Of a stretch of 64,000 bases of DNA, positions 48,081 to 58,267 are shown piece by piece. Position 1 is the stretch's first letter. Every line of letters starts with the position of its first letter. Under the pieces are notes generated by a model. That model was not told the origin of the DNA. It did not search any database and saw nothing but the letters and a program-made list of their open reading frames with translations. The DNA is from Candidatus Dojkabacteria bacterium. Lineage in GTDB: Bacteria; Patescibacteriota; Dojkabacteria; B142; JAFGMG01. The DNA lies in NCBI GenBank assembly GCA_016927655.1, contig JAFGMG010000012.1:42618-106617 (forward strand), in the 5' to 3' direction. The translations under genes were made by a program, and so were the position numbers.

Positions 48081-48205
48081 TAGATTGAAAGAAGAAAAAT
48101 ATTTAAATCAAAGGATTATTCCCGCCAAGTTTGCGGGTTCCACCAGTTATTTAAAGTAAGTTGTACGTTAGTGTTGTTTTTCATAATCTGAAGGAATTAT
48201 AACAT
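48081..48205 (-). promoter_or_regulatory. Candidate cis-regulatory leader (extended -10 TGTTATAAT promoter, upstream hairpin with GGTGGAACCCGC T-box-like core, alternative pairing with the terminator stem)
   Basis: Minus strand ...TGTTATAAT...AACTGGTGGAACCCGCAAACTTGGCGGGAATAAT.... GCGGGAATA can pair with TATCCCGC, the 5' arm of the terminator. Confidence 0.35.
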
Positions 48206-48360
48206 AAAATTGTTGACTGGAGAATTTTGCGCTCCAGAAGGAGGTAGCTTTTTATTACTTTTCTATGTATTACCGATAGGTAATGTTGCTTTATTATTCC
48301 ATTTCTATCAACCCCACACCCCTTTACTACCAGCCAATCTGAAGCCTACAAACTCTTACC

Positions 48361-48390
48361 TATTATCAAACATTGCCGATCGGCAATGTC
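48361..48390 (-). terminator. Possible lepA terminator (18-nt perfect palindrome + weak U tract)
   Basis: Minus strand GACATTGCCGATCGGCAATGTTTGATAATA. Confidence 0.35.
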
Positions 48391-48481
48391 TAAAAAATGC
48401 TCTACAAGACAGAGGCTATGACAATGAAAAATCCAATCCGAGAAGACTAAAACCAATAAATATCCCTTCACTGCAAATCAA

Positions 48482-50368
48482 CTACGAAGTCTTCAGTGCC
48501 TCCAAAAAAGCCTCCTTTGGAATTTCGACCTTCCCAAACATTTTCATTCTCTTCTTTCCCTTTTTCTGCTTTTCAAGAAGCTTTTTCTTTCTAGTCACGT
48601 CACCACCATATAGCTTAGCAGTTACATCTTTTTTGTAGGCATCAATAGTCTCTCTTGCAATTACTTTCCCTCCAATAGCAGACTGGATTGGCACTTTGAA
48701 CTGCTGTCTTGGAATTATATCTTTTAACTTTGCTACAACTGCTTTGCCTTTCGCAAAAGAATTGTCCCTGTGAGTTAGAAATGAAAGTGCTTCCACCTCC
48801 AGGTAATTAACCAAGATGCTCACTTTGACAATATCAGAAGTCCTGTATTCATAAAACTCATAATCCATCGAAGCATAACCCTGACTGATTGATTTCAATT
48901 TATCAAAATAGTTCACAATTATTTCTCCAGTTGGAATTTCATACTTGAGTATTACGTGCTTTTTACCTTTAATCGTTTCATCCCCAGTCACATATTCCAT
49001 TAATTTATACACACCTCTTGCTGCTTGTGAGATTTCCATAATAGATCCGATGTATTCTTCCGGAGTGATTATTTCTAATTTAACCCAAGGTTCTTTAACT
49101 TCTTCAATGAGTGACATGTCCGGGAATTCCGCAGCATTTCTAATATTTAAATACTCGCCTTCAATATTTGCCACGTTAAGATTTGGAATTTTTGAATAAT
49201 CCTTCGTAGTAAGTTTGATTTTGTATTCAACAGTAGGAGTGGTAGAAATAAGCGAAACGTCAAATTCCCTTTCAAGCCTTTCCTGAGTAATTTCAAGATG
49301 TAAAAGCCCAAGGAATCCGCAGACAAAACCAGATCCAAGAACGGGAGAATTCTCCCTTTGGACGGTCAAGGCTGAATCATTCAAGGCAAGCTTCTCAATC
49401 GCATCTGCTAATTCTTCAAATTCATCACTCTCAATAGGATATAAAGAGGCATATACCATTGGTTTTGGAGGATGATAGCCGGGAAGCGGATCAATGTCTT
49501 TATTGCTTTGATAATCAGAATTCAAAACTATAGTATCTCCGATATGAATTGCTTTGATATCTTTGAGCCCCGTTGCTATGTAGCCGACCTCGCCAAGATC
49601 TATCTGCCTATCCTTTTGCATTCTTGGGAGCAGGTAGCCGATTTCAATTGGTTCAATTTCAGTCTTTGTTTCAATTGTGTGCAGATTTTCATCAGCGTTG
49701 ATCTCCCCCTCCATGACTTTGACCATTGCCACTACACCTTTGTGCTCATCATAGAATGAATCAAATATCAGCGCCTTTGTGACGCCATTATTTGCAGGTT
49801 CTGGAGGCGGGACTTTTTTTACAATCATGTCTAAAAGGTTTTCCACTCCGAGACCAGTCTTACCGGAAGTTTCGACGATTTCATCCGGATCAAACCCAAA
49901 AGTGGCTATCAATTCTTCTTTTGTGCTATCGACATCAGCGCTTGGCAAATCGACTTTGTTGATAACAGGAATGATCGTAAGATTGTGTTCGAGTGCTTTG
50001 TAGACAGTAGTAAGAGTTTGAGCTTGAATGCCCTGAGTCGCATCGACAAGTAATATCGCGCCTTCCGAGGCTGCAAGCGATCTGGAAACTTCATATGAGA
50101 AATCCACATGCCCAGGCGTGTCGATGAGATTTAGAACATAGTCTTTGTAGTGCATCCTCACTGTCTGGAGTTTGATTGTAATGCCCCTCTCCTGTTCCAA
50201 TTCAAGTGTATCAAGCATTCTATCTTTGCTTTCGCGCTTCTCCACTGCCCCGGTAAATTCCATAATTCGATCAGCCAAAGTCGATTTGCCATGATCGATA
50301 TGTGCAATGATCGAGAAATTCCGAATTTTATTGAGTGCTTTTGTTTTTTCCAGGTCCAAATTTGCCAT
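48482..50368 (-). CDS. lepA: Elongation factor 4
   Basis: NFSIIAHIDHGKSTLADRI G-domain, DTPGHVDF, NKVD. 628 aa. Confidence 0.92.
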   Translation of the reverse strand: MANLDLEKTKALNKIRNFSIIAHIDHGKSTLADRIMEFTGAVEKRESKDRMLDTLELEQERGITIKLQTVRMHYKDYVLNLIDTPGHVDFSYEVSRSLAASEGAILLVDATQGIQAQTLTTVYKALEHNLTIIPVINKVDLPSADVDSTKEELIATFGFDPDEIVETSGKTGLGVENLLDMIVKKVPPPEPANNGVTKALIFDSFYDEHKGVVAMVKVMEGEINADENLHTIETKTEIEPIEIGYLLPRMQKDRQIDLGEVGYIATGLKDIKAIHIGDTIVLNSDYQSNKDIDPLPGYHPPKPMVYASLYPIESDEFEELADAIEKLALNDSALTVQRENSPVLGSGFVCGFLGLLHLEITQERLEREFDVSLISTTPTVEYKIKLTTKDYSKIPNLNVANIEGEYLNIRNAAEFPDMSLIEEVKEPWVKLEIITPEEYIGSIMEISQAARGVYKLMEYVTGDETIKGKKHVILKYEIPTGEIIVNYFDKLKSISQGYASMDYEFYEYRTSDIVKVSILVNYLEVEALSFLTHRDNSFAKGKAVVAKLKDIIPRQQFKVPIQSAIGGKVIARETIDAYKKDVTAKLYGGDVTRKKKLLEKQKKGKKRMKMFGKVEIPKEAFLEALKTS

Positions 50369-50545
50369 AGGATGATTATATCAGGTTTCGACTGAGCTGG
50401 CGGGTATGTCTAGTCACTGATGGCCTGACTTACTTTCTGTCACAATTATTAACAAGGAAATGCAATGTGAAACCAAAATGTGCCACATAGTAAATCATCC
50501 TGTTTGAGCATATACCTCCCAGGTACCGGTCAAAGTAAAGAAAAA

Positions 50546-50574
50546 TTGACTCCGATCTACACCTCTTCTATACT
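50546..50574 (+). promoter_or_regulatory. Putative sigma70-type promoter (TTGACT-17 nt-TATACT) for the TPR gene
   Basis: TTGACT at 50546-50551 and TATACT at 50569-50574. Confidence 0.35.
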
Positions 50575-50618
50575 GATTGCAATCCAGTTAAGAGAATAAT
50601 TCTTACCGTCCAAATTAA

Positions 50619-52025
50619 ATGAAAAAATACCTGACCAAAATAAATATAGCCATCGGAGTCGTGGTTCTTTTAAGTATTGCAGCTCTTGTTTATTATTTCT
50701 TCTTCTTCAACAGCCGCCCGGGAACAAATCCATATTATGACGACGCTGAAGTTCTTTATTCAAACAGGGAATATTCAAGTGCACTTGCCAAATACAAGGA
50801 GGCTGTGAATTACGATCCGCAAAGAACTGATGGTTATCTTAAGGCTGCAGAAATTTTGGAGTTGAAAGGCGACACTCCTGAAGCACTAAATATCCTTCTT
50901 GCTGGAGTTGATTTTGCAGATAATCAGGCAAAATTAAAGAATGAAATTGCAAAGACATATATAAGTCTTGGCGAATATGCCAACGCTGTTTCATTTGCTA
51001 ATAATGCTGCCAGCAATTCGACTGAAATTGAGTATAAGAAAAATTACATCAGTTACCTATTCATCAATGACGAAATCGAAAAAGGATTGAATGAAGCTAA
51101 AAATATCAGCTCGGGGAACAGCATACAAAATGAATACATAAAAGCAGTTGCAAATTTTGAGGATCCGCAGGATGCCTACAATCATGCAGAAAGCGCAAAT
51201 TCAAATGACCCGGAACAAAAATATTCCGGATTGATGGAAGCGATAGACCTTGAACTAGACGATGAGGAGAAGCAGATTGAGAGTAGGATGAAAATTGCTG
51301 ATTTCGCTTTTGCTCAAGGCGACTATGCCCTTGCAATGCCAATACTTCGATCTGTTAGAGAAAGTAATCAATATTATGAAGGAAGCTATATCTATGAGGC
51401 ATATATTCTGCAGAATTACAAAAAATTTGATGAATCTATTGAACTGCTGGATGCTGCTACGCTTTATGCTCCGCAAAACCATGACATTTTCAGGCTTTTA
51501 GCAAACGCTTATTTAAACCTTGACAATTATGAAAGCGCTTTAGAAAACATTGTGAAAGCGGGGCAGATACTGCCTGATAATTTTGAAATCAAATATCTCG
51601 AGTATCAGATTTATCTGGAACAGGATAATTTCACGAAGGCTCTGGAGCTTGCAGACTGGTTTTTAGATCAAAATGCGCAGGATTATGAATTTATCAAGTT
51701 CAAAGCGATGCTGCTTTATGATCTGGAGAAATTCAAAGAACTGGCGAGCTTTGCCTCATCTTACGAAGATAAAGAAAACCTCAGCGATGAACAACAGGCA
51801 GAGATGAAAGCATTCAAATCCTGGGCTCTTCTAAAAACTGGAGAAACTGCCAAAGCCGCCGAAGAAATAACACTTGCCCAGAAATTATTTGAGAACAGCG
51901 CTTATGTGCAGTATTTTTCCAGCTTGATCGACTCAGAAAACGGCAACGAAAAAGAAGCCGCGGCTGAACTTGAAAGGGCCCGTGACCTTGATACTGGGGG
52001 CATTATCACAAGCTGGACTGATTAA
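50619..52025 (+). CDS. Membrane-anchored TPR-repeat protein
   Basis: N-terminal TM, then multiple TPR-like A..Y..A repeats. 468 aa. Confidence 0.65.
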   Translation: MKKYLTKINIAIGVVVLLSIAALVYYFFFFNSRPGTNPYYDDAEVLYSNREYSSALAKYKEAVNYDPQRTDGYLKAAEILELKGDTPEALNILLAGVDFADNQAKLKNEIAKTYISLGEYANAVSFANNAASNSTEIEYKKNYISYLFINDEIEKGLNEAKNISSGNSIQNEYIKAVANFEDPQDAYNHAESANSNDPEQKYSGLMEAIDLELDDEEKQIESRMKIADFAFAQGDYALAMPILRSVRESNQYYEGSYIYEAYILQNYKKFDESIELLDAATLYAPQNHDIFRLLANAYLNLDNYESALENIVKAGQILPDNFEIKYLEYQIYLEQDNFTKALELADWFLDQNAQDYEFIKFKAMLLYDLEKFKELASFASSYEDKENLSDEQQAEMKAFKSWALLKTGETAKAAEEITLAQKLFENSAYVQYFSSLIDSENGNEKEAAAELERARDLDTGGIITSWTD

Positions 52026-52036
52026 TTGTAACATTC

Positions 52037-52690
52037 ATGAAGAGGCTGGTCCTTCTGAGAAAATTTCAAAAGAATTTTGTACGCCTTGCTTTGAGTTTAC
52101 TTGTCGCGGGCATATTTTTTTCAGCATTTATGCTACTACGCAGCCCATTGCAGGATGTATTAGAACCAGACAGACAGGAAATGAATTTTGATTATGAAAT
52201 TATCCAGAATAATGCCGGCAGTGTTCAGGGAGTCAGCACCAAAATTTCCTCATTGAAAGTTGAGACGCTGGATTCAAGAGGCTGGGTATTCGACCAGTAT
52301 TTGAAAAATAACGATTCTCCTCTAGCAGGCCATGGCGAGGATTTTGTAAATGCCTGTGATAAATTCAACACCCCGCACGACTGCACACTTTTAATCGCAA
52401 TTGCAAAGGTCGAGACGAATCTCTGCAAGACGGGGATTTCATCTAAACAGTATAACTGCTGGGGCTATGGCGGATCGGGAGAAAACAGAATCATATACAC
52501 GAGCTTTGAACAGGCGATTGACGATATCACGGGCAGACTGATGAATGGCTACAGAGCCAGGTTTTTCGAAGATCCGGAAGCAGGAGAACTTTTTTACTGC
52601 GGCGCACACTGTAATAGCTGGGGCGATAAAGTCAAAGATGTGCAAAATGAGCTAAAGGCATATGCGAAAGAACTGGGATATGAGCTTTAA
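52037..52690 (+). CDS. Membrane-anchored secreted protein, possibly glucosaminidase-like (weak)
   Basis: LLIAIAKVETNL...NCWGYGG faintly resembles the glucosaminidase AQAILESGWG...NLFGI region. Confidence 0.4.
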   Translation: MKRLVLLRKFQKNFVRLALSLLVAGIFFSAFMLLRSPLQDVLEPDRQEMNFDYEIIQNNAGSVQGVSTKISSLKVETLDSRGWVFDQYLKNNDSPLAGHGEDFVNACDKFNTPHDCTLLIAIAKVETNLCKTGISSKQYNCWGYGGSGENRIIYTSFEQAIDDITGRLMNGYRARFFEDPEAGELFYCGAHCNSWGDKVKDVQNELKAYAKELGYEL

Positions 52691-54996
52691 TCTTCAAACG
52701 TCTGATCAAACTGCCTGTCTTCCTGACCGATGAATTTCGGAATTGTAGCTGTAAATGTCGAGCCTTTACCAATTTCACTCTTCACATCAATTTTTCCATT
52801 CATAAGTTTCATCAGGTTAAAAGCAACATAAAGTCCAAGACCTGTTCCTCCAGGCCTTACCACACCATTTCCATCCGCACCCTTTGAAGTTGGAATATGC
52901 TGTTTTGCTCTAAAAAACTTCTTGCCAAGGTATTTCATATCTTCTTTAGCTATTCCAATTCCTTCATCTGTAACAGTAAATAGCACGTTCTTGTCGTTCT
53001 CCGTAATTTCAACTGTGACCTCGCCTTCTAAAGTATATTTGATTGCATTACTGACAAGATTATCTATTACTTCCTGGAATCTTGTTTTGTCTGCATAAAT
53101 CAAAGTTTCCTTCTTTGGTTTGGTGTAGACAATTTTGACATCTTTTTCTTTTGCAAAGTGCTCGTGTGCTTCTATTGCATTCTCAACTACCTGATTGGCA
53201 TCAAGCTGAGTAAGAAGCAGCTGGATTCTATTTGATTCGACTTTAGTTGCAGAAAGCAGAGTCTCTACAAGGTCAAGCTCTCTTTTTGCTCCCTCTGAGG
53301 CTTTTTCAATATAATTTGCAAGCTCACTTTCTGTAATTTTTTCTTTCTTTTTAATCTTTGATTGCAGAATCATCAGGGAATTTCTGACTATTGTAATTGG
53401 TGTTCGAAGCTCGTGACCCATGACATCGATCATATCTCTTTCCTGCCTGCGGACTTCTTCGAGCTTATCTAAAGTATCTTCAAGATCTTTATTTTTCTGT
53501 GAAATTTCTTCTGTTGCCTCATCGATACGCTTTTGAAGATTTTTATTGAGATCTTCGACTTCGAGGTAATAAAGTGAACGTGTAATTGCAAGGCCTAGTG
53601 TTGTGGCTATCCCATCGAGATATCCAACATCCTGATTTGTATATGGGCTGTCGGCTTCTTTTTCACCGATTAGCAGCATTGCGAAATTTTCTTCACTTTG
53701 CTTAAGAGGCATAATAATTTTGAGTTTGCTGCTAGCCATGCTTTTCATCACAGCTTCAATTTCGCTTTCAAGTCCCCGGAAATGCCTCGGTATTTCGAGT
53801 TCAAGTTCGTCGTAAACAATTGGGAATTTGCCTGCTTTATCCCATATGGCTTTGAGTTTTTCGAGACTTTCCATTTTAACTTCTTTTTTGTCCCCAAGTT
53901 CTTGTAGGTATTTTTTCTCTGCTGACTTCTCGAAGTCCTCGCCAGGAATAACAAGCACTGCCTGGTATTTAGCGCGTATTGTTCTACTGAGAGTTTCTAG
54001 AGTTGACTGTGAAATATCTCTAATACTCAAGTGTGTAGCGATTTTTCTTGAAAGCTGGTCTGTTTCTTCAAGCGGATCGTAGCCTGGATTGATGATTCTG
54101 GTACGAACCTGCTTTCGCAGGAAATTATTCAACCAAACAAACACCATTGCAAAGATAATCGCATTTGGAATACCAGATAAAACACCCCCCGTTGTCTCAC
54201 TCCCGCCAAAAGAAATAATATCAAAGAAGTAGATGGTGAAATAAGTCAGATAAAACAAAGAGCCAATAAGGGCATAGTAAACAATGCGGCCGACGAGGAT
54301 ACGAACGTCGAGGAATTGATAGCGTAAAATTGCATAAGTCACAGATAAGGTGAAGAATGTTGTACCAAGGGGTCCATAATGTTGAAGTAAAAAATTGCCG
54401 AAAAGATAAGGTAGAAATAGATTTGTGGAGATAGCAAAAATACTTGAGAGAACTATTCCTATTGTTATTATCGTAATTTGTCGTTTAGAAATTTTTTCAC
54501 TTCTTCTTCTCTTGATTAATAAAATTATTACACTAACTAGCATGGAACCTGCAAAATGGAGAATAAATAGAGGATATAAAATGCCATATATTGTATTATA
54601 CTCACCGTTTAAATATTCTTCTTTCTCATCAATGTATGGAGAAAATATAGTTATGTACACTAAGAATAACGTTAGTGCCGTGTATACAATCTTTATGAAA
54701 TGCTTCTTAATCAGACTATTCCCTTCTGGAAATTCGTTCGTAAAAAAGAGAACAAAATACCCTAAACTGGTTGTAGCTACAAAGTTTATCCTACCCCAAA
54801 ATAGAAATGCTGCTTCGCTTCTATATAAACTTAAATATAGTTCCAATGAAAATATCCAGCCAACAAGTGAACAGACCAGAAAGAAGAATAATTGATTAAG
54901 TCTTTTCCCGGGTTTATAACCTAAAATCAATAATCCTAAAATACTATTCAGTGAAATACTGATTATTGTTATCAACTCGGTTAACTGCATATTCAA
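52687..54996 (-). CDS. Polytopic membrane sensor histidine kinase
   Basis: About 9 TM helices. H-box GHELRTPITIV and HATPase N/G boxes (NLVSNAIKYT, DEGIGI, GTGLGLYVA). Confidence 0.8.
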   Translation of the reverse strand: MNMQLTELITIISISLNSILGLLILGYKPGKRLNQLFFFLVCSLVGWIFSLELYLSLYRSEAAFLFWGRINFVATTSLGYFVLFFTNEFPEGNSLIKKHFIKIVYTALTLFLVYITIFSPYIDEKEEYLNGEYNTIYGILYPLFILHFAGSMLVSVIILLIKRRRSEKISKRQITIITIGIVLSSIFAISTNLFLPYLFGNFLLQHYGPLGTTFFTLSVTYAILRYQFLDVRILVGRIVYYALIGSLFYLTYFTIYFFDIISFGGSETTGGVLSGIPNAIIFAMVFVWLNNFLRKQVRTRIINPGYDPLEETDQLSRKIATHLSIRDISQSTLETLSRTIRAKYQAVLVIPGEDFEKSAEKKYLQELGDKKEVKMESLEKLKAIWDKAGKFPIVYDELELEIPRHFRGLESEIEAVMKSMASSKLKIIMPLKQSEENFAMLLIGEKEADSPYTNQDVGYLDGIATTLGLAITRSLYYLEVEDLNKNLQKRIDEATEEISQKNKDLEDTLDKLEEVRRQERDMIDVMGHELRTPITIVRNSLMILQSKIKKKEKITESELANYIEKASEGAKRELDLVETLLSATKVESNRIQLLLTQLDANQVVENAIEAHEHFAKEKDVKIVYTKPKKETLIYADKTRFQEVIDNLVSNAIKYTLEGEVTVEITENDKNVLFTVTDEGIGIAKEDMKYLGKKFFRAKQHIPTSKGADGNGVVRPGGTGLGLYVAFNLMKLMNGKIDVKSEIGKGSTFTATIPKFIGQEDRQFDQTFED

Positions 54997-55034
54997 CTTG
55001 CTATTAACTATTACTTATAAACAATATAGCAGAT

Positions 55035-55829
55035 CTAGCTTAAATTTAAAATCAAGCATTTTACGCCCCCACCCGTTTTTATGTATTCACTTACGTCTAG
55101 TTTGTGTACTATGAACCCTGCCTTGATTATATCCTCCTCCAACTTTTCTGAAATTCGCGAACTTATAAATACATTTTTTCCATCCGAAAATATATTACAT
55201 CCAAAATTTAACGCATCATCATAGGATACTTCAATGACATGTTTTACATTTCCAAGTATCCAATCATAATCACTATTTTTGAATCCGAGAGGACAAACCA
55301 GAGATACTTCTGGACTTATCATAGAAAAACAGACATCAAGATGATAAAAATATGGATCAATGAGTTCAACAAGTTTTACCTTTTTAATTTTAAGATGTTT
55401 TATAATGTCTTCATATGCCTCTTTATCTGCACGTATTCCATAACTTGCGAGAAGCCAATCTCCCACAATTACAGAACAGGCCTCTCCCTCCCAAACCATA
55501 TTTTTAGGTAAATTTACTACTTCAAACCCATTAGAAGTAAACCATTTCATGAAGTATTTCTTTTCGCTCTGCCTTTCCTCGTCTCTGAAACTACTTAATA
55601 TAACTTTTTCCCCAACAACCATTCCAGCATTTGCAGCAAAAACCATATCTGGAAGATGCTCTTCCGAATTACATACCGACACCTTAACATTGGCGGTCTC
55701 TAATTCATTTCTGACTTTATTCCATTGCCTTTTTGCTAAATCCTTATTGATACTCTGATTAAGATTCATCCAAGGATTAATCGAATATTTCAGATCGTAA
55801 TTTTTTGGATCAACAAGTAATATTTTCAT
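55035..55829 (-). CDS. Amidinotransferase-superfamily protein (DDAH/arginine-deiminase-like fold)
   Basis: HLD motif (YHLDVCF) and C-terminal catalytic-Cys motif GGGVKC. Confidence 0.5.
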   Translation of the reverse strand: MKILLVDPKNYDLKYSINPWMNLNQSINKDLAKRQWNKVRNELETANVKVSVCNSEEHLPDMVFAANAGMVVGEKVILSSFRDEERQSEKKYFMKWFTSNGFEVVNLPKNMVWEGEACSVIVGDWLLASYGIRADKEAYEDIIKHLKIKKVKLVELIDPYFYHLDVCFSMISPEVSLVCPLGFKNSDYDWILGNVKHVIEVSYDDALNFGCNIFSDGKNVFISSRISEKLEEDIIKAGFIVHKLDVSEYIKTGGGVKCLILNLS

Positions 55830-57157
55830 CCTACAGTGAGTAATTCCGCCTCAAGGCTGTTTGCGTATTCTTTGGCTTTTTCAATTCTATCGGAAGCAAT
55901 ATAATTATCTACCCTCAAATCAAGTACTCTTAAAGTTTCCGCAACTTTTGATGCATTCATAAGATCCTGAGAAAAAACGACATAATCAAAGTCATTGTTA
56001 TACAATGTATTTAGGATATTACGGTTTCCAAGCAAAGAGTTTGTCTTCAATATTTTCATAATTCTTTCAAGACTAAAAGCAAATCCTGTGGCAAAAAGTA
56101 TTGGTTTCACAAGCGACTTTCCCATTATCTTGTTTACAAAATAATCATACCTTCCACCCCCAGCAATCTCGGATACAATTCCTTTTCCAATATGGACATC
56201 TGCTTGGAATGTTAATTTATTATAATACTCCTGACTTCTTGTAACAGATGTATCAATAACGACCTTCATTCCTAAATTTTCAAAGTATTTTGTTAACAAG
56301 TAAAGGTCGGCAAGTGCTTCTTGAGGGAAGCCTTTTAGTTTATTTTTAATATCTTCACTACTCAGATATCCATTGTATAATATTTTCCACTTCTTAATTA
56401 ATCGAGAACTAATATTAATCTCATGGAGATACTTATCTATCCTGGCTAATTCAGTACTTAGTAACTTTTTTTTATTCTGGGCCCTAAAGGAAGCAATATT
56501 ATCTAAATGGTTTTTTACAGCATTCTGCTTGTTAACATTAAGCTTCGATTTTTCCGCTAGGAAACGGAATAATCTTACGTCATTTACCCGCACAATAATG
56601 CTTTCTGATTCGAGTCCTATTTTGACAAGACTGTTTATCAGTAGCTGAATAATCTCAATATCCGCCTTTATACTTCCGATTCCCAAATATTCCGCTCCAA
56701 TCTGTACGAATTCTCTTAATTTAGTATCTGACAATGTAGAAACCAGTTCATTTCTGAAACAATTTGACGTATAAAATAATTTCACTGGTTTTCCATTTTT
56801 AAATCTACTGTCACATGCTTCTATTTTTGAACTTACCCACCTGCAAAGAGATGTTGTTCCTTCTGGAATTAAAAAATATTTCCCCTCCATACTATCCACA
56901 TCTTCGTAAGCCTTATTATAATCTCGAGCAGTAACAGCAAATAAGCTTTTAGGATGGAAGTTGGGCCAAGGATGTGTCCCGACATATTCACTAGAAAAAA
57001 ATTTCTGATGTTCCAAGGTAGGAATTTTTAATTTATCAAACCCGCACTTGTAAAAGTAATTACTTATACTTGATAAAACAAAGTCTTGTGCATATGAATC
57101 TTCGTAGCAGTATTCATTAAATCCTGCTGGAGAAGAAAACCTTGAATTTTGTCTCAT
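55826..57157 (-). CDS. hisS: Histidyl-tRNA synthetase
   Basis: Class II motif 2 (NCFRNE...REFVQIGAEYLG) and motif 3 (AGGGRYD...GFAFSLERI). Confidence 0.78.
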   Translation of the reverse strand: MRQNSRFSSPAGFNEYCYEDSYAQDFVLSSISNYFYKCGFDKLKIPTLEHQKFFSSEYVGTHPWPNFHPKSLFAVTARDYNKAYEDVDSMEGKYFLIPEGTTSLCRWVSSKIEACDSRFKNGKPVKLFYTSNCFRNELVSTLSDTKLREFVQIGAEYLGIGSIKADIEIIQLLINSLVKIGLESESIIVRVNDVRLFRFLAEKSKLNVNKQNAVKNHLDNIASFRAQNKKKLLSTELARIDKYLHEINISSRLIKKWKILYNGYLSSEDIKNKLKGFPQEALADLYLLTKYFENLGMKVVIDTSVTRSQEYYNKLTFQADVHIGKGIVSEIAGGGRYDYFVNKIMGKSLVKPILFATGFAFSLERIMKILKTNSLLGNRNILNTLYNNDFDYVVFSQDLMNASKVAETLRVLDLRVDNYIASDRIEKAKEYANSLEAELLTVG

Positions 57158-57173
57158 ATGTTAGTAGTAAAAA

Positions 57174-58220
57174 TTATTGTTTCACTAAATATTTCAATCT
57201 CAATGCTTTTAATGCTAATAGTAATCTATTCGGAGATTCTGCAAAACCTAACAGATCCCCGACTCTAATAGAGAATATATATCTGTCCTGTCTCTCGACA
57301 GTGGGTACTGGGTATCTTTTCATCTTGAGATTTTCGGCAAACTTCATCACCGGCAATTTTCTTTTTGGTAGATATGGCACATAAATACCTGGATGTATTC
57401 CTTTCCGATCAAGCTGATATGTATCATGTTTATTAAACATCTCAGCCAACTCTTCTTTCTCAAGATCCGTACCTGTGATACCCTCTCTAGTCAATAACCG
57501 TCTCTCCTCTTCGCTTAAAGGCTTATGCCCTTTTGTTGTGAGTAAAATATGAGTATCTGCATTAACTCTTCTGACCTGTGTCACCGCTCTTAACAAATCT
57601 CTTGTGAGAGTACGGAAAGGCTCAAGACCACTACGATAATCAGAAGCAATGAATAATTCGCTCCAATACACCGATAGCTCAGGTAATTGAAAAAACAAAT
57701 CCTTCCTAAATTCCTCTGGAGTTATTTCTATAGTTTGTTCTAGGAATTTCTTAAGGTCATCATATAACTTCTCATTATCGAGAGTTTTAAGTATCCCTAA
57801 ACCAATTGGTTGCCCCTCTGAATTCCAAATAATCGAAATCACATCCTCAGCTTTTAGGAGTGCTATTTCATCTAGTAACATACTGGCATTTGTATCTTCT
57901 TCTAACCATTCCTCTTGAAATACTCTTGAATAAGTATGTCCCAAATCATTCAAGGCCGCATTTGTTCTACTATATTCATCACCAACATAAGGAGCTATCT
58001 GGTCACCCCTATGCGTCGATATAAATAACTTATGGCCTGCCTCATTCTCTGCTGTTGATATAGAGACCATTCCCACTTCAGAAAGAGCTGGGATTAGAGC
58101 AATAGCATCGCGAGGATCCTTTTCCCCGTACAAATCTTGAAATACCCATGAACTTGTGTCCATGGGACCTAAATTAGGGATTGTAACTATCTCACCCATC
58201 CTAATCATCTTATATATCAC
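57174..58220 (-). CDS. Hypothetical protein
   Basis: 348 aa with no recognised motif. Likely in an operon with hisS. Confidence 0.5.
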   Translation of the reverse strand: MIYKMIRMGEIVTIPNLGPMDTSSWVFQDLYGEKDPRDAIALIPALSEVGMVSISTAENEAGHKLFISTHRGDQIAPYVGDEYSRTNAALNDLGHTYSRVFQEEWLEEDTNASMLLDEIALLKAEDVISIIWNSEGQPIGLGILKTLDNEKLYDDLKKFLEQTIEITPEEFRKDLFFQLPELSVYWSELFIASDYRSGLEPFRTLTRDLLRAVTQVRRVNADTHILLTTKGHKPLSEEERRLLTREGITGTDLEKEELAEMFNKHDTYQLDRKGIHPGIYVPYLPKRKLPVMKFAENLKMKRYPVPTVERQDRYIFSIRVGDLLGFAESPNRLLLALKALRLKYLVKQ

Positions 58221-58267
58221 AAATCATTATATATTATACCAAAAACATATCCTATAGTATAGCCCAA

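Noticed and set aside
55826-57157. HisRS-like paralog (HisZ or biosynthetic amino-acid ligase)
   Set aside because: All three class II motifs are intact and the protein is full HisRS length. No second hisS is visible in the window. It is most simply the housekeeping HisRS.
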